Below are positions 10,735 to 21,000 of a stretch of 59,938 nucleotides of DNA, one piece after another. The notes beneath the pieces were generated by a model, which had not been told where the DNA came from, ran no database searches, and worked only from the letters and a program-made list of their open reading frames with translations. The stretch covers positions 1-59,938 of IMG/VR virus record IMGVR_UViG_3300044970_000300. One strand, given 5' to 3'. A program made the position numbers and the translations under genes. How positions within the stretch are numbered: position 1 is the stretch's first letter; every line of letters starts with the position of its first letter. The DNA comes from a virus (taxonomy: Duplodnaviria > Caudoviricetes).

Positions 10735-10986
10735 ATGATACTCACATACGTAAAAGAAAAGATTATGGGCTTTGCTGCCATCTTTAAGGACGACAACTCT
10801 TGGAACGAGAAGACCATCATTGGCTTTATGTCGTTCGCTGTAATGGTAATGGTAATGGTTGCTGACGTTGTGTCTGGCTTTATGGGCAAGGACCTCGTAA
10901 TCAACGAGTTTACCTACAACTCATTCGTGATTATCACGCTTGGCTCATTCGGAATCGCTGGACTAGAGAAGTTTGCTAAGAAATGA
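10735..10986 (+). CDS. holin-like membrane protein
   Basis: 83 aa, two hydrophobic helices, basic C-terminus; TACTTTTG promoter at 10697-10704. Confidence 0.55.
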   Translation: MILTYVKEKIMGFAAIFKDDNSWNEKTIIGFMSFAVMVMVMVADVVSGFMGKDLVINEFTYNSFVIITLGSFGIAGLEKFAKK

Positions 10987-11234
10987 AAATGCCCGTCTCT
11001 TTTGACCAGTTTCAGAAGAATCCTGTCGCCGCCATCGCCTTCATTGGATTGGTTGCAATAGGTTATCTTTATGTCGACCAAAAAATGATGAATAGCAAAG
11101 TGGACAATCGTTGTCAGACCAGAGTATCAGAGCTCGAAGTGAAGGTGGATAAGTACACCGAACACATTCGCAGGCTGGATTCTGCTTTGGCATACACTAG
11201 CGCTAAGAACGAAATGCTCCTTCAAACCAAATGA
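10983..11234 (+). CDS. membrane-anchored coiled-coil protein
   Basis: One TM helix then a coiled coil; ATGA coupling. Confidence 0.55.
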   Translation: MKMPVSFDQFQKNPVAAIAFIGLVAIGYLYVDQKMMNSKVDNRCQTRVSELEVKVDKYTEHIRRLDSALAYTSAKNEMLLQTK

Positions 11235-11572
11235 CACGCACTATCTTCCTACTAGTCGCTGGCATTACAGTCGGTGCTTTGATAGCTAAACAGAAAGAGG
11301 CTCCAGCACCTGTTGACCCAGTGGATTTAATCATTGAGAAGTCTAAACAGACGATGCAACAAGCGAGCCAGGTATCTGCCAAGGTAGACAAGCAGGTGTC
11401 AGCTAAGATTGGGGAGATGAAGCAGACCATCGAGGTCCTCGAGGAGGAGAAGGAACTGCTTGTCGAACAAGTAACAGAAATGAAAAATGAGATTACTACT
11501 ATCAAGTCTGCTCCTGTGCAGCCTTTCGATGTACTCGCAATCGGTGTACCCGATACAACGAATAGAAAATAA
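11231..11572 (+). CDS. N-anchored coiled-coil protein (i-spanin-like)
   Basis: N-terminal hydrophobic segment and a long coiled coil. Confidence 0.45.
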   Translation: MTRTIFLLVAGITVGALIAKQKEAPAPVDPVDLIIEKSKQTMQQASQVSAKVDKQVSAKIGEMKQTIEVLEEEKELLVEQVTEMKNEITTIKSAPVQPFDVLAIGVPDTTNRK

Positions 11573-11855
11573 CGACACAGTAGTCGTAATGACTAAAGCA
11601 CAGGCGGTCGCTATGAACAAGCGATTCCTGTCAATGGATTCAACAATAAAATCATACGATGAAGCCTACAAGTTCAAATATCATCAGCTACATCAAGCTC
11701 GCCAAACAATGGTCTTCCAAGATTCACTCATTGGTGACCTCAATCGACAACTACTTGTCAAGCCAGCGTTCAAAAAAATGACGCAGCAGGACGTACTTAT
11801 GTCCTCATACTTCATCCTGTTCACAACCGCTCTACTCTATATGAACTTCAAGTGA
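11487..11855 (+). CDS. secreted/membrane protein overlapping the previous gene
   Basis: Signal-peptide-like N-terminus and C-terminal TM; 86-nt out-of-frame overlap. Confidence 0.5.
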   Translation: MRLLLSSLLLCSLSMYSQSVYPIQRIENNDTVVVMTKAQAVAMNKRFLSMDSTIKSYDEAYKFKYHQLHQARQTMVFQDSLIGDLNRQLLVKPAFKKMTQQDVLMSSYFILFTTALLYMNFK

Positions 11856-12139
11856 TGGAAGAAAGAATCAAGAACCTCATTAAGAAGCACGGATTATCTG
11901 GAGTAAACAAGCCGAAGGGTACGCCGTCACATCCCAAGAAGTCACACATCGTGCTGGCTAAGGAGGGTGGCAAGACCAAACTCATCCGCTTCGGAGAGCA
12001 GGGTGCGGACACCGTAACGGAGAGCAACCCAACAGGGGCTAGAGCTAAGAAGCGTGCTAGCTTCAAGGCACGTCACGCCAAGAATATCGCCAAGGGTAAG
12101 ATGAGTGCGGCGTATTGGGCTGACCGCGTGAAATGGTAA
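11852..12139 (+). CDS. small basic phage protein
   Basis: KLIRFG.QG...SFKARH...SAAYWA...W motif recurrent in aquatic phages. Confidence 0.7.
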   Translation: MMEERIKNLIKKHGLSGVNKPKGTPSHPKKSHIVLAKEGGKTKLIRFGEQGADTVTESNPTGARAKKRASFKARHAKNIAKGKMSAAYWADRVKW

Positions 12140-12176
12140 CTAACTGATTTCTATATTTGTACAAAGTTTCACAATT

Positions 12177-12518
12177 ATGAAAGCTAGAAAATACGCCGAA
12201 GGAGGCAAGACCCCACCCAAGAGTGTTGAGGCTGAAGTTAAGGCTCAGCGCAGAAAAGAGATGTACGAGAAGGAGCAAGCCGCGACTAAGGAAGCCAACA
12301 AGGTAGCCGTAGCTCAGGGAGGTAAGCCAACTATGCGTGCTAAGAGTGGTCAAGCCACGGAAGAATTCCGCCAGAAGGCAAAGATTGCAGCTAACCTAAA
12401 GATGGCTAAGCAGGAGGCAATCGGTGGTATGGGCAAGACCCAACTGCCAGCGTCAACCGAGGAGTACCACGGTAAGTACGCGGCCATCAAGCCTAAAGCG
12501 ATTAAGAAAGTAATCTAA
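12177..12518 (+). CDS. basic Lys/Ala-rich protein
   Basis: Own promoter TATATTTG at 12152-12159; begins MKARKYAEGG. Confidence 0.65.
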   Translation: MKARKYAEGGKTPPKSVEAEVKAQRRKEMYEKEQAATKEANKVAVAQGGKPTMRAKSGQATEEFRQKAKIAANLKMAKQEAIGGMGKTQLPASTEEYHGKYAAIKPKAIKKVI

Positions 12519-12552
12519 AAGAGGAGGGGGCCTAAGCCCCCTTCTTTTTTTC
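12517..12552. terminator. bidirectional terminator
   Basis: AAAA-GAGGAGGGGGC-CTAA-GCCCCCTTC-T tract between convergent genes. Confidence 0.75.
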
Positions 12553-12855
12553 CCCTACGTAGTGTGAGTACTTGAAGACGTATGGGTTACCACCAGTCTT
12601 CGTGTCAATCACGGTGATGACCTTCACTCCGTCGATGATTCGCGTCTCTGCGATTAGGTTGTGCTTCTTGAAGCGCTTAAGCTCCACAACTTCAAAGCCG
12701 CAGATTTTAGAGTACATCTCGTCGCTGTTCTCTGTAAACACGACAAGGTTCTCACTCAACCGCTCGAACTTAGCGTCGGCGAACTGAGCGGGGATACGCT
12801 GTCCAAGGAGTGATGTGCTTAGCACAAGTAGGGTGGAAATCAATGCAGTCTTCAT
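12532..12855 (-). CDS. secreted protein on the opposite strand within the late region
   Basis: MKTALISTLLVLSTSLLG signal peptide; own TTTGCA...TATATTTG promoter (-7 at 12878-12885). Confidence 0.65.
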   Translation of the reverse strand: MKTALISTLLVLSTSLLGQRIPAQFADAKFERLSENLVVFTENSDEMYSKICGFEVVELKRFKKHNLIAETRIIDGVKVITVIDTKTGGNPYVFKYSHYVGEKKKGA

Positions 12856-12963
12856 ATCTTTTAATTGTTTATTTACCCAAATATACGAAATAGTTTTCAA
12901 TTCTGCAAACTTTTGCGCGAAATAGTATAGATAATTTTGTAAGGAACTTTAATTCAACCTATT

Positions 12964-14136
12964 ATGGCCGACGGTATTTCAAATCTTGAAGACCTCGTAA
13001 GGGATATGGGCCTCAACATTGTGGACCAACCAGGCGAGCCTTCACCCGACCAACAACCGATTGAACCGACCATTGTCGAGCTCAACGATACAAACGGTGC
13101 CGCTGCCGCCGATGAGAGCAGCGAAGGTTCTACCGCTGACACAGCCGTAACTGAACCATCAGAGCCTCAGGAGCCGTCGTCTGACGATGCCCAGGAGCCT
13201 TCGGATGAGAACAGATACGTCTATCGTCAGCAAGACACGGACGATAACCAAACGTCCAACGACGAACTCACGGACGAGGAGATTAACCAGTTCGTCAATA
13301 CGTACTTGCAGGAGCAGGTGGGTCTTGACTTGGATTCTATCCTCGCACGTTTAGAACAACCAGCGACAATCGATGAGAGGCTTGAGCCTATTCTGAAGTT
13401 TGTTCAAGAGACTGGCCGCGACCCACAGGACTGGTTCTTATACCAGTCAATCAATCCGTCTGAAATGGACGACCTTTCAGTGGTGAAGCTCCAGATGCAG
13501 AACGACTTTCCCGACTTGTCTAGGGATGATATCGATATGCTTGTATCGGCGAAGTACAAGACTGACGGTGAATTCCTTGATGAGAAAGAGCAGAAGATGG
13601 CCACCCTTCAGCTAAAGATTGACGCGGGTAACGCTAGAAAGCAAATTGAGGGGCTACGCAGCAACTATCTCAAACCAGTCGAAAGGACTGCTGAGCAAGA
13701 GCCGCAGGTCGAATCGTTTGTTGACGAGCAGTGGGTGTCTACTATGATGCAAGAAGCTGACGCTCTTGACGGTATTGACTTCGAACTCCCAGGAGAGAAG
13801 GTCTTTACGTTCGGAATCGGCGACAAGTATCGTGAGTCACTCAAATCTAAAAACGCGAATCTAGAGAGTTACTTTGACCAGTACGTTGACCGCGATGGGA
13901 ACTGGAACCACGAGATGTTCAATATGCACAGAACCGTAGTTGATAACATTGACGAAATTGTCAGAGCTGTATATCAACAAGGGATGAGCGATGGACAGCG
14001 CAGGGTTGTGGAGACCGCCGCAAACGTCAAGGTGAATACACCTAACGTAGGTAACGTACAGCCAGGTAACAACATAGAGGAGCAGCTTCGCCAAATCATC
14101 GGAGAGTCTGACTCAATGATGCGATTCCGATTCTAA
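12964..14136 (+). CDS. capsid scaffold-like protein
   Basis: Acidic, disordered N-terminus; directly upstream of the capsid gene; promoter TAATTTTG at 12932-12939. Confidence 0.7.
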   Translation: MADGISNLEDLVRDMGLNIVDQPGEPSPDQQPIEPTIVELNDTNGAAAADESSEGSTADTAVTEPSEPQEPSSDDAQEPSDENRYVYRQQDTDDNQTSNDELTDEEINQFVNTYLQEQVGLDLDSILARLEQPATIDERLEPILKFVQETGRDPQDWFLYQSINPSEMDDLSVVKLQMQNDFPDLSRDDIDMLVSAKYKTDGEFLDEKEQKMATLQLKIDAGNARKQIEGLRSNYLKPVERTAEQEPQVESFVDEQWVSTMMQEADALDGIDFELPGEKVFTFGIGDKYRESLKSKNANLESYFDQYVDRDGNWNHEMFNMHRTVVDNIDEIVRAVYQQGMSDGQRRVVETAANVKVNTPNVGNVQPGNNIEEQLRQIIGESDSMMRFRF

Positions 14137-14161
14137 CGTCTAACGCCTAAAACAACTTAAA

Positions 14162-15502
14162 ATGGCAAATATGACTTCAGCTACTCAGGGAACTTTCTTC
14201 TCTGGAGCTAACGCTGTGAAGCGTCTTGACCCTGCGAAGTACGTCGCTCTTGGTGACTACTTCAACGAAATCAACAAGCCTGACAACCGCGACGCCCTCG
14301 TAAAGGCTTTCGGTGCACAAGGCATCACTGGATTCCTGCAAATGGTAGGAGCCGTTAAAAGCGCTGGTACCGCTGACCAAGTTCAGTGGTGGGAAGAGGT
14401 TCGCCTCCACCAAACCCAGAAAGTAGTTCTTGCTTCGGACACGACCGCTGGTAAGACTATGGTTATCGCCTTCGGTGCTCAGGCTCCCGTTGTTCGCGTT
14501 AACGACGTTGTTCTGTTGAGCGGCAAGGAGCGCGCTATCGTTACGACCATCACTGGTACTACCTCATTCACGGTAGCTAACCTTGAGGACGCTAACCTTA
14601 CCGCCATCGTTGCTGGTACCTACGAACTCCCCATCATCGGTAACCTGTACGCTCAGGGCACTGACCAACCCGACCAATACCTTGAGTCGAACGTGGTTAA
14701 GCGCACCAACCCGTATATGATTGTTAAGGAAATCTTCAAGGTGACTGGCTCACAAGCTACGAACCTCGGCTGGATTGACCTGGGCAATGGTGACTACCGT
14801 TGGTTTATGAAGGGCGAAGCCGACACTCGTCAGCGCTTCCTCGACAAGCGTGAGATGATGATGTTGTTGGGCCAGAAGGTTACTAACACCGCTAACGTAT
14901 CTGTAGAAGGTTCTGAAGGTTACTTCGCCGCTATCGAGAATCGTGGTTTGGTTACCAACGGTTACATCACCGAGTTGGCTGACCTTGACCTTATCATCAA
15001 GGAGCTTGACAAGCAGGGTGCTTCTCCCGAGTACGCTCTGTACGTTGACCGCACGCAGGACCTTCTGCTCGACGACCTCGTAGCTAAGGGTAACGCTGGT
15101 TCATTGACCGCAGGTGTTGCTACGCAATACGGTGCTTTCAATAACAGCGCTGATATGGCCATTCAGCTTGGCTTCAAATCATTCGGCCGTGGTGGTTACA
15201 CCTTCCACAAGCACGATTGGAAGCTTCTGAACGACCCCACCTTGTTGGCTGGTGCTAACTTCGCTGGTGTTGCTATTCCTATGGCTACTGTAGTTGACCC
15301 CAAGTCGGGCGACCGCAATCCGTCACTGGAAATCAACTACAAGGCAACGAACGGTGTTAGCCGTGAGATGCACCACTGGTTGACTGGCTCATTTATGGGT
15401 GCTTCGAACGACACCAAGGACTTGGTTCAGTTCAACTACCTGTCTGAAATCGCTCTTGTAACGCGCGGCGCTAACCGCCACGTGCTTCTCAAGAAGGCCT
15501 AA
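14162..15502 (+). CDS. major capsid protein
   Basis: 446 aa with strong codon bias; follows the scaffold gene; LGFKSFGRGGYTFHKHDWKLLNDP motif resembles Bacteroidota podovirus capsids. Confidence 0.8.
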   Translation: MANMTSATQGTFFSGANAVKRLDPAKYVALGDYFNEINKPDNRDALVKAFGAQGITGFLQMVGAVKSAGTADQVQWWEEVRLHQTQKVVLASDTTAGKTMVIAFGAQAPVVRVNDVVLLSGKERAIVTTITGTTSFTVANLEDANLTAIVAGTYELPIIGNLYAQGTDQPDQYLESNVVKRTNPYMIVKEIFKVTGSQATNLGWIDLGNGDYRWFMKGEADTRQRFLDKREMMMLLGQKVTNTANVSVEGSEGYFAAIENRGLVTNGYITELADLDLIIKELDKQGASPEYALYVDRTQDLLLDDLVAKGNAGSLTAGVATQYGAFNNSADMAIQLGFKSFGRGGYTFHKHDWKLLNDPTLLAGANFAGVAIPMATVVDPKSGDRNPSLEINYKATNGVSREMHHWLTGSFMGASNDTKDLVQFNYLSEIALVTRGANRHVLLKKA

Positions 15503-15513
15503 TCAATAGGTTT

Positions 15514-15556
15514 AAGGGACGGGGGGTCTTCTGGCCCCCCTAGCCCTTTTCTTTTT
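15514..15556 (+). terminator. intrinsic terminator after the capsid gene
   Basis: GGGGGGTC/GGCCCCCC hairpin extended by AAGGG/CCCTT, then T tract. Confidence 0.75.
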
Positions 15557-15577
15557 TAATTCTTAATTGTATTTAAT

Positions 15578-16417
15578 ATGGCACGTCCAGCAATCCGCAG
15601 AGAGGAAGCTATCCTTGACGCACCCGAAAACAACATCGCAGTACCTGCACCCGCTGCTGCATCATTCCGACCCAAGCGTCAGATTGAGAAACAAAAGGAG
15701 GGCAGAAAACAAAAGGTCTACTCCGTAGTATCTGGAGGAGGTATCTGGTTCAAGCTGAACCAAAACAACGTCACAATCTACGACCCCGTCAAGGACACCG
15801 TTCGTGCAATTCGTTACTGCCCGAATGAGCCGTCCATCTACACTGACGAGCAATCGGTTAACGCTATGCGTGACCACATCGTATTCCGTGATGGCTACCT
15901 GGCCGTACCTGCCAACAAGCCGAACCTTCAGGATTACTTGGATGCACACCCCGACAACAAGTCTAACGGAGGTAGTGTCTTCTTCGCCGTAGATACGAGC
16001 AAGAAGGCTGAGGAGGACCTCGACAAGGAGTTCCTGCTTCACGATGCCATCTCATTGGTGAGAGACAAGAGCATCGACGAGCTACTTCCCGTGGCTATGT
16101 ACTTGGGAATCAACATCGAGCAGCGCAATCAGGAGATTCGTCGTGAGCTTCTAACCGAGGCTAAGGCTAATCCTAAGGCGTTCATTGAGATGTTTGACAA
16201 CCCGATGGTTAAGATTCGTTCAGCTATTCGCCAAGCTATCGACTTCCAACTCCTTCGTGAGCGTCCAGATGGGATATACTGGTTTGACACCAACCGTCTT
16301 ATCATCACCGCACCCGCTGGGCAGGACCCGTCAGACGTGCTCACCCGATACTGTATGACAGAGAAGGGCGCACCGATTTACGATGAGGTACTAAACAGAC
16401 TCGAGCGTCTGGGCTAA
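15578..16417 (+). CDS. virion/assembly-associated protein
   Basis: R.IRYC.NE.SIY.DEQ...IVFRDG.L.V motif; position after the capsid gene. Confidence 0.6.
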   Translation: MARPAIRREEAILDAPENNIAVPAPAAASFRPKRQIEKQKEGRKQKVYSVVSGGGIWFKLNQNNVTIYDPVKDTVRAIRYCPNEPSIYTDEQSVNAMRDHIVFRDGYLAVPANKPNLQDYLDAHPDNKSNGGSVFFAVDTSKKAEEDLDKEFLLHDAISLVRDKSIDELLPVAMYLGINIEQRNQEIRRELLTEAKANPKAFIEMFDNPMVKIRSAIRQAIDFQLLRERPDGIYWFDTNRLIITAPAGQDPSDVLTRYCMTEKGAPIYDEVLNRLERLG

Positions 16418-16439
16418 TAACCTAACTGCTTGATAGTAT

Positions 16440-16466
16440 GGGGGCTACGAGAGTGGCCCCTTTTTT
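16440..16466 (+). terminator. intrinsic terminator
   Basis: GGGGCTAC-GAGA-GTGGCCCC plus T6; followed by promoter TATATTTG at 16472-16479. Confidence 0.75.
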
Positions 16467-16496
16467 ATTGGTATATTTGCACATAAACATCGTATA

Positions 16497-17228
16497 ATGG
16501 CTAGCGTCTATACAGTATATTCTACTTTGAAGGATTTGGCTAACAAAGACGAACGTGGTTTCGTCACGCCTTCCACCTTTAATGCGTTCGCAGCGTTGGC
16601 TCAGCAGAACGTGTTCAATGGCTTATTCTCCAAGAATACGCTGTCGGCAACCACTAAGAGCAGGGGTCTTGACGGACACCGCGACCTTGCGTTGAGCAAG
16701 CAAATCCGCGAGGACCTGTCGGTATTCTCCAAGGAGTCTACCATCTCGCAGGTTGATGGGGTGTTCAGCAAACCGATTGACTTAGCTCACATCATCTCGA
16801 TGAAGACGTTCGGTACGTTCATTATGGGTCAGACGACCTCCACACCGATTGACCTCATCTACGACGAGCTGAAGGCTGAATACATCCTCAGAAGCACGCT
16901 ATCTAGACCCACGGAGACGGCACCCATCGGTGTTGTGTCCAGTCAAATCACTGTGTACCCGACCAGCGTCAAGAAGGTTAAGCTGAAATACTACAAGCAG
17001 CCCGAAGGTCTGAACCCGACGAACGGAGCTAAGGTAGCCCTGACCCCTAGGTTCGGATACACCGTAGTCAGCAATAAGGAGATTTACGACGCTGCGACCA
17101 GCGTTGACTTCGAGTTGCCAGAGCACTACACCCCGCAGTTGGTTATGGAGTTGGCCAAGATGATTGGTGTCAACATCAAGGACACCGATATGTTTACGTA
17201 CGCATCATCTGAACAAACTAAGCAGTAA
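16497..17228 (+). CDS. head-tail connector/ring protein
   Basis: ANK..RG.VTP..FN..A..AQ N-terminus and Y.K.P / DFELP C-terminus. Confidence 0.6.
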   Translation: MASVYTVYSTLKDLANKDERGFVTPSTFNAFAALAQQNVFNGLFSKNTLSATTKSRGLDGHRDLALSKQIREDLSVFSKESTISQVDGVFSKPIDLAHIISMKTFGTFIMGQTTSTPIDLIYDELKAEYILRSTLSRPTETAPIGVVSSQITVYPTSVKKVKLKYYKQPEGLNPTNGAKVALTPRFGYTVVSNKEIYDAATSVDFELPEHYTPQLVMELAKMIGVNIKDTDMFTYASSEQTKQ

Positions 17229-18040
17229 TGGCTAGGAACCTAATCACAATCGACGAGGTAGTAAATGACTTCATCCTCACCGTAGGTCAGGACGACTTTG
17301 CCTCTGACGCTACGGATACGCTCGTTCGTAACCTGGCCCTTCGTGGACTCCGCGAGTTCGGATTCGATATGCTTAAGGTTGTCAAGAGCATCAAGCTCCC
17401 AGTCAACCAGACGCTCAGAACCGTGGACCTTCCAGACGATTACGTTGACATCGTTAAGATTGGGTACGTAGGAACCGATGGACTCGTTTACATCTTCGGG
17501 CACAACAAGAATATCAACTACTCACAGGTTTACGTCAAGGACGCTAACGGTCTGCCCATCGATACGGACGGTGATGGCGTATACGACAGACAGGACGACA
17601 AGGGCACCATTGAGCTCACGCAGTCAGTGAAGGGTTACGACCAATACATCTTCAGGAACTTTCTGTACGATAACTCATACGGTGCGGTATATGGACTCGG
17701 TGGAGGCCACTACAACGGTGAGTACAGAATGAACCACGAGCAGAATAGAATCGAGCTGTCCGTAGGAAGCAACATCGACTATGTGGTGATTGAGTACGTG
17801 GCTGACGAGGCCCGTAGCGCTAACCCACTGGTACACATCTATGCAGAGCCTGCCCTGCGCTCATATATCTACTACCGTCTGATAGAGCGCAAAAATACCG
17901 TCTCCCTCGGCGAGAAAGCCAGAGCAAGACAGGAATACTACAACGAAAGACGATTGGCTAACGCCAGACTTAAGAGCTTCAACAAAGACGAGGCACTCAA
18001 GACTATCCGTAAGAATTTCAAGCAGTCACCTAAATACTAA
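17228..18040 (+). CDS. tail ring/tubular protein
   Basis: LPDDYVD motif; synteny with the muzzle-type gene. Confidence 0.6.
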   Translation: MARNLITIDEVVNDFILTVGQDDFASDATDTLVRNLALRGLREFGFDMLKVVKSIKLPVNQTLRTVDLPDDYVDIVKIGYVGTDGLVYIFGHNKNINYSQVYVKDANGLPIDTDGDGVYDRQDDKGTIELTQSVKGYDQYIFRNFLYDNSYGAVYGLGGGHYNGEYRMNHEQNRIELSVGSNIDYVVIEYVADEARSANPLVHIYAEPALRSYIYYRLIERKNTVSLGEKARARQEYYNERRLANARLKSFNKDEALKTIRKNFKQSPKY

Positions 18041-18045
18041 GGCCG

Positions 18046-21000
18046 ATGCCAATAGATAAGCTAACCCCTCGTTACCTAAACAAGGACGACGACTTCTTGG
18101 TTGTGAAGTCAGTCGAAATGATTGACGCTATAAACGTGCACGTTGGTGACAACGACGAGGGCAACGCTGACGTATTGAAGAACAGCCGAGGCAATACTCA
18201 GATTGTATTTGCGAGCGGTTCAGAGTTGCCGTCAGGCACGAACACCGTCGTAGGCTCTGGGCTTAACGTAGAGAAGAGTGAGGTTCTGTTTGCGGTACAC
18301 AATTCATCAGGCAACCATAGCATCTATCACTACTCGACTCAGACCAATCAGTTGAGGTTGGTGTATAGGGATTCGGTGCTTGGATTTACCGCTCTGAGCT
18401 TCGTTAAGTTTGACTTCATCGTTAACGAAAACGGAGACACGCTCGCGTACTTCACGGACGGAGTAACCGACCCAAAGAAGATTAACGTAAGCAAGGCGTT
18501 GCTTGGTACTGGATACCCATACAAAGCTGCTGGTGGATACAACTACACAGACGAGGAGAAATTGGTATGTATCACTGTGGCTAAACAACCACCGCTTGAC
18601 CCTCCTACCCTCGCGTTTACCAATGTGGCCGACCAGGACAACTTCGTCTATGACGAATACTTCCAGTTCGCATATCAGTATGTATACGAGGACGGCGAAG
18701 TATCGGCACTATCTCCATACAGTGAGATTGGCGTGAATGTATATCAGTTACTCGATGGATTCATCACTGACTCCGCCAAGGACCTATTCAACGCAATCAA
18801 CGTAACCGTAAAGCACAGCAGAGCTGACGCGTCTAAGATTAGACTCCTCGCTAAGTCTGCCGATACTCTTGGATTCTTCGTTGCTGGTGAAATTAACAAC
18901 AGCAGAACATCTACCACGGAGGTAATTACGTTCACCAATAGTAAACTTCGTTCCTACATTTCGTCTCTTGAGCAGAATAAGATGTACGACAACGTCCCTC
19001 AGAAGGCGAACACTCAGGCAATATCAGGCAACCGCTTGCTCTATGGTGGATACACAGAGTTCTACGACAACGTAAACACTAACGTGTCAATATCTGAAAT
19101 AAACACCGACAGCGGCAAGTCAGTATACCTTAGCGTAAATCCAACAACTGCGTCGACTAAATACTATAGTCCAGCTAGCAGTATAGCTACGTCTAAGTTC
19201 AACTTCGTGGTTGGTGATACAATCAATAGTACGTCATACGATAGTCAGATAATCCTAGACTTTCAGGTTTACTCTAGCGAGGTGAATGTACTTCCAGGCG
19301 GCTCCGCTAACATTCAGTTGACCTCTACTGAGACAACTAACTACCTGAGAGTTGGAAAACTGGAGATAGATATTTCCAAGCAGTTCACGCTTCCAGCGTA
19401 TGACGACCTATTGAGTGGTTCTCCAGATGTGTATGCTAGATTTGTAAATAACATTTCTGGCAACTACAATGCAACTGTAACTGTCGGTCAAGCTCTTGCT
19501 CAGCCTTCAGGAATAGTTCATAAACTTAAGGGAACCGCAGTTGTGAATATATCACTTGATGCGATTGACTATGGGAGTACTCAGATTTCATTCTTAGTTA
19601 AGATTGTATCTATATCACTCGAAACCGCTAGCGGATACTACAACAGTAACGCTAAGCCCATAGACTCTTCTAAGTTTATCTCATTCACTCTGAATCCGAC
19701 GTTGCTTAATACATCTTATTCTACAGAATTTAAGCAATTCGTTACATATAAGAATTACAACTCAAGACAGTATTACGTCTCGTCAGGTCGTTCATTCAAG
19801 GCTGGACAGGAGCACAAGTTCGGAATTGTGTATTACGATGGATTTAATCGAAGTGGAGCAGTAAACGAGATTGGAGCCAAGGAGGTATCTTGGTACTCAG
19901 AAAGAGAGGTCGATAGCAAGGGACCAGTTTCATTCCAATTCAGAGTCAAACACAACCCGCCGAGCTGGGCTAAGAAGTGGCAGCTACTATACTCACCGTT
20001 TGTATCGTATAACTATGCACTACAATACAGTGTCGGTGAGGCTTTCTGTACTTCATTGTCAGAGAAGGATAATGTCATATACGTGTCTATGGGCACGCTT
20101 GATGGAAAGTCATACTCATACATCGATTCCAAGAGTCCTAAGGTTGAGTATGTATTTGCCGAGGGAGACAAATTACGCATAGTCAAGTATGAGTCAGGAG
20201 GCGAAAATGTCTACGTTGGATATGAGTTCGATATATTAGGATATGAGTATTACGACCTAACGAATACTCCAGTAAACGAAACTATAGGTACTCAACCGAG
20301 TGATGATAGAAGGACTGGATGGTTCTTGAAATTGGCAGAAAATCCTAACGCTCCTGGGTTTACTAAAGCTGACGTTGTAACTAGAATTGAAGGCGGGATT
20401 GTTATTGATAGCGCAGACTTCTGGAATAAGCAGACTGTAGTTGAGATTTACAGACCTATCAAGCAGACCGACGTAAACATCTATAGGGAGATATCTGAAG
20501 TGTTTGATGTCGTGAATGCATCTGGCACCTACAGACACAAGGGTGACAGAGACTACTCGTACACTTGGACATCTAGCACATCAAACATCACCGTATCTGA
20601 TGGTTTTGCAACGACGGCACTCAACATCAAGAACGGTGACGCATTGGTGATAAGCACCACCATCCTCGGAGTGCTCACCTCATACGAGGTTAGAGTGTCA
20701 TCGGTTAAGATGTCTGGGACGAACAGAATCTTCTCAGTTGCTGACGCGAACGTAGTTGGTCAGATTGGAATCTCAGTTCCGCCGAACGGTGGGTACTCAC
20801 TGGCCAATATCACTAACCTGACCGATGCTGTGGTTGAGACGTTCAATGGTGACGCTTACTATCGTCTTCGTCAGATGAACGTGATAACTAATTACCTAAC
20901 AACTCCTCAGGTTACTACTCAGTATGAGGATATGTTCGTCGAGGATAACTCAATCACTGACTTTGCCGACTCTAAGTTTACCAGTATTGGTAGGCCCAAC

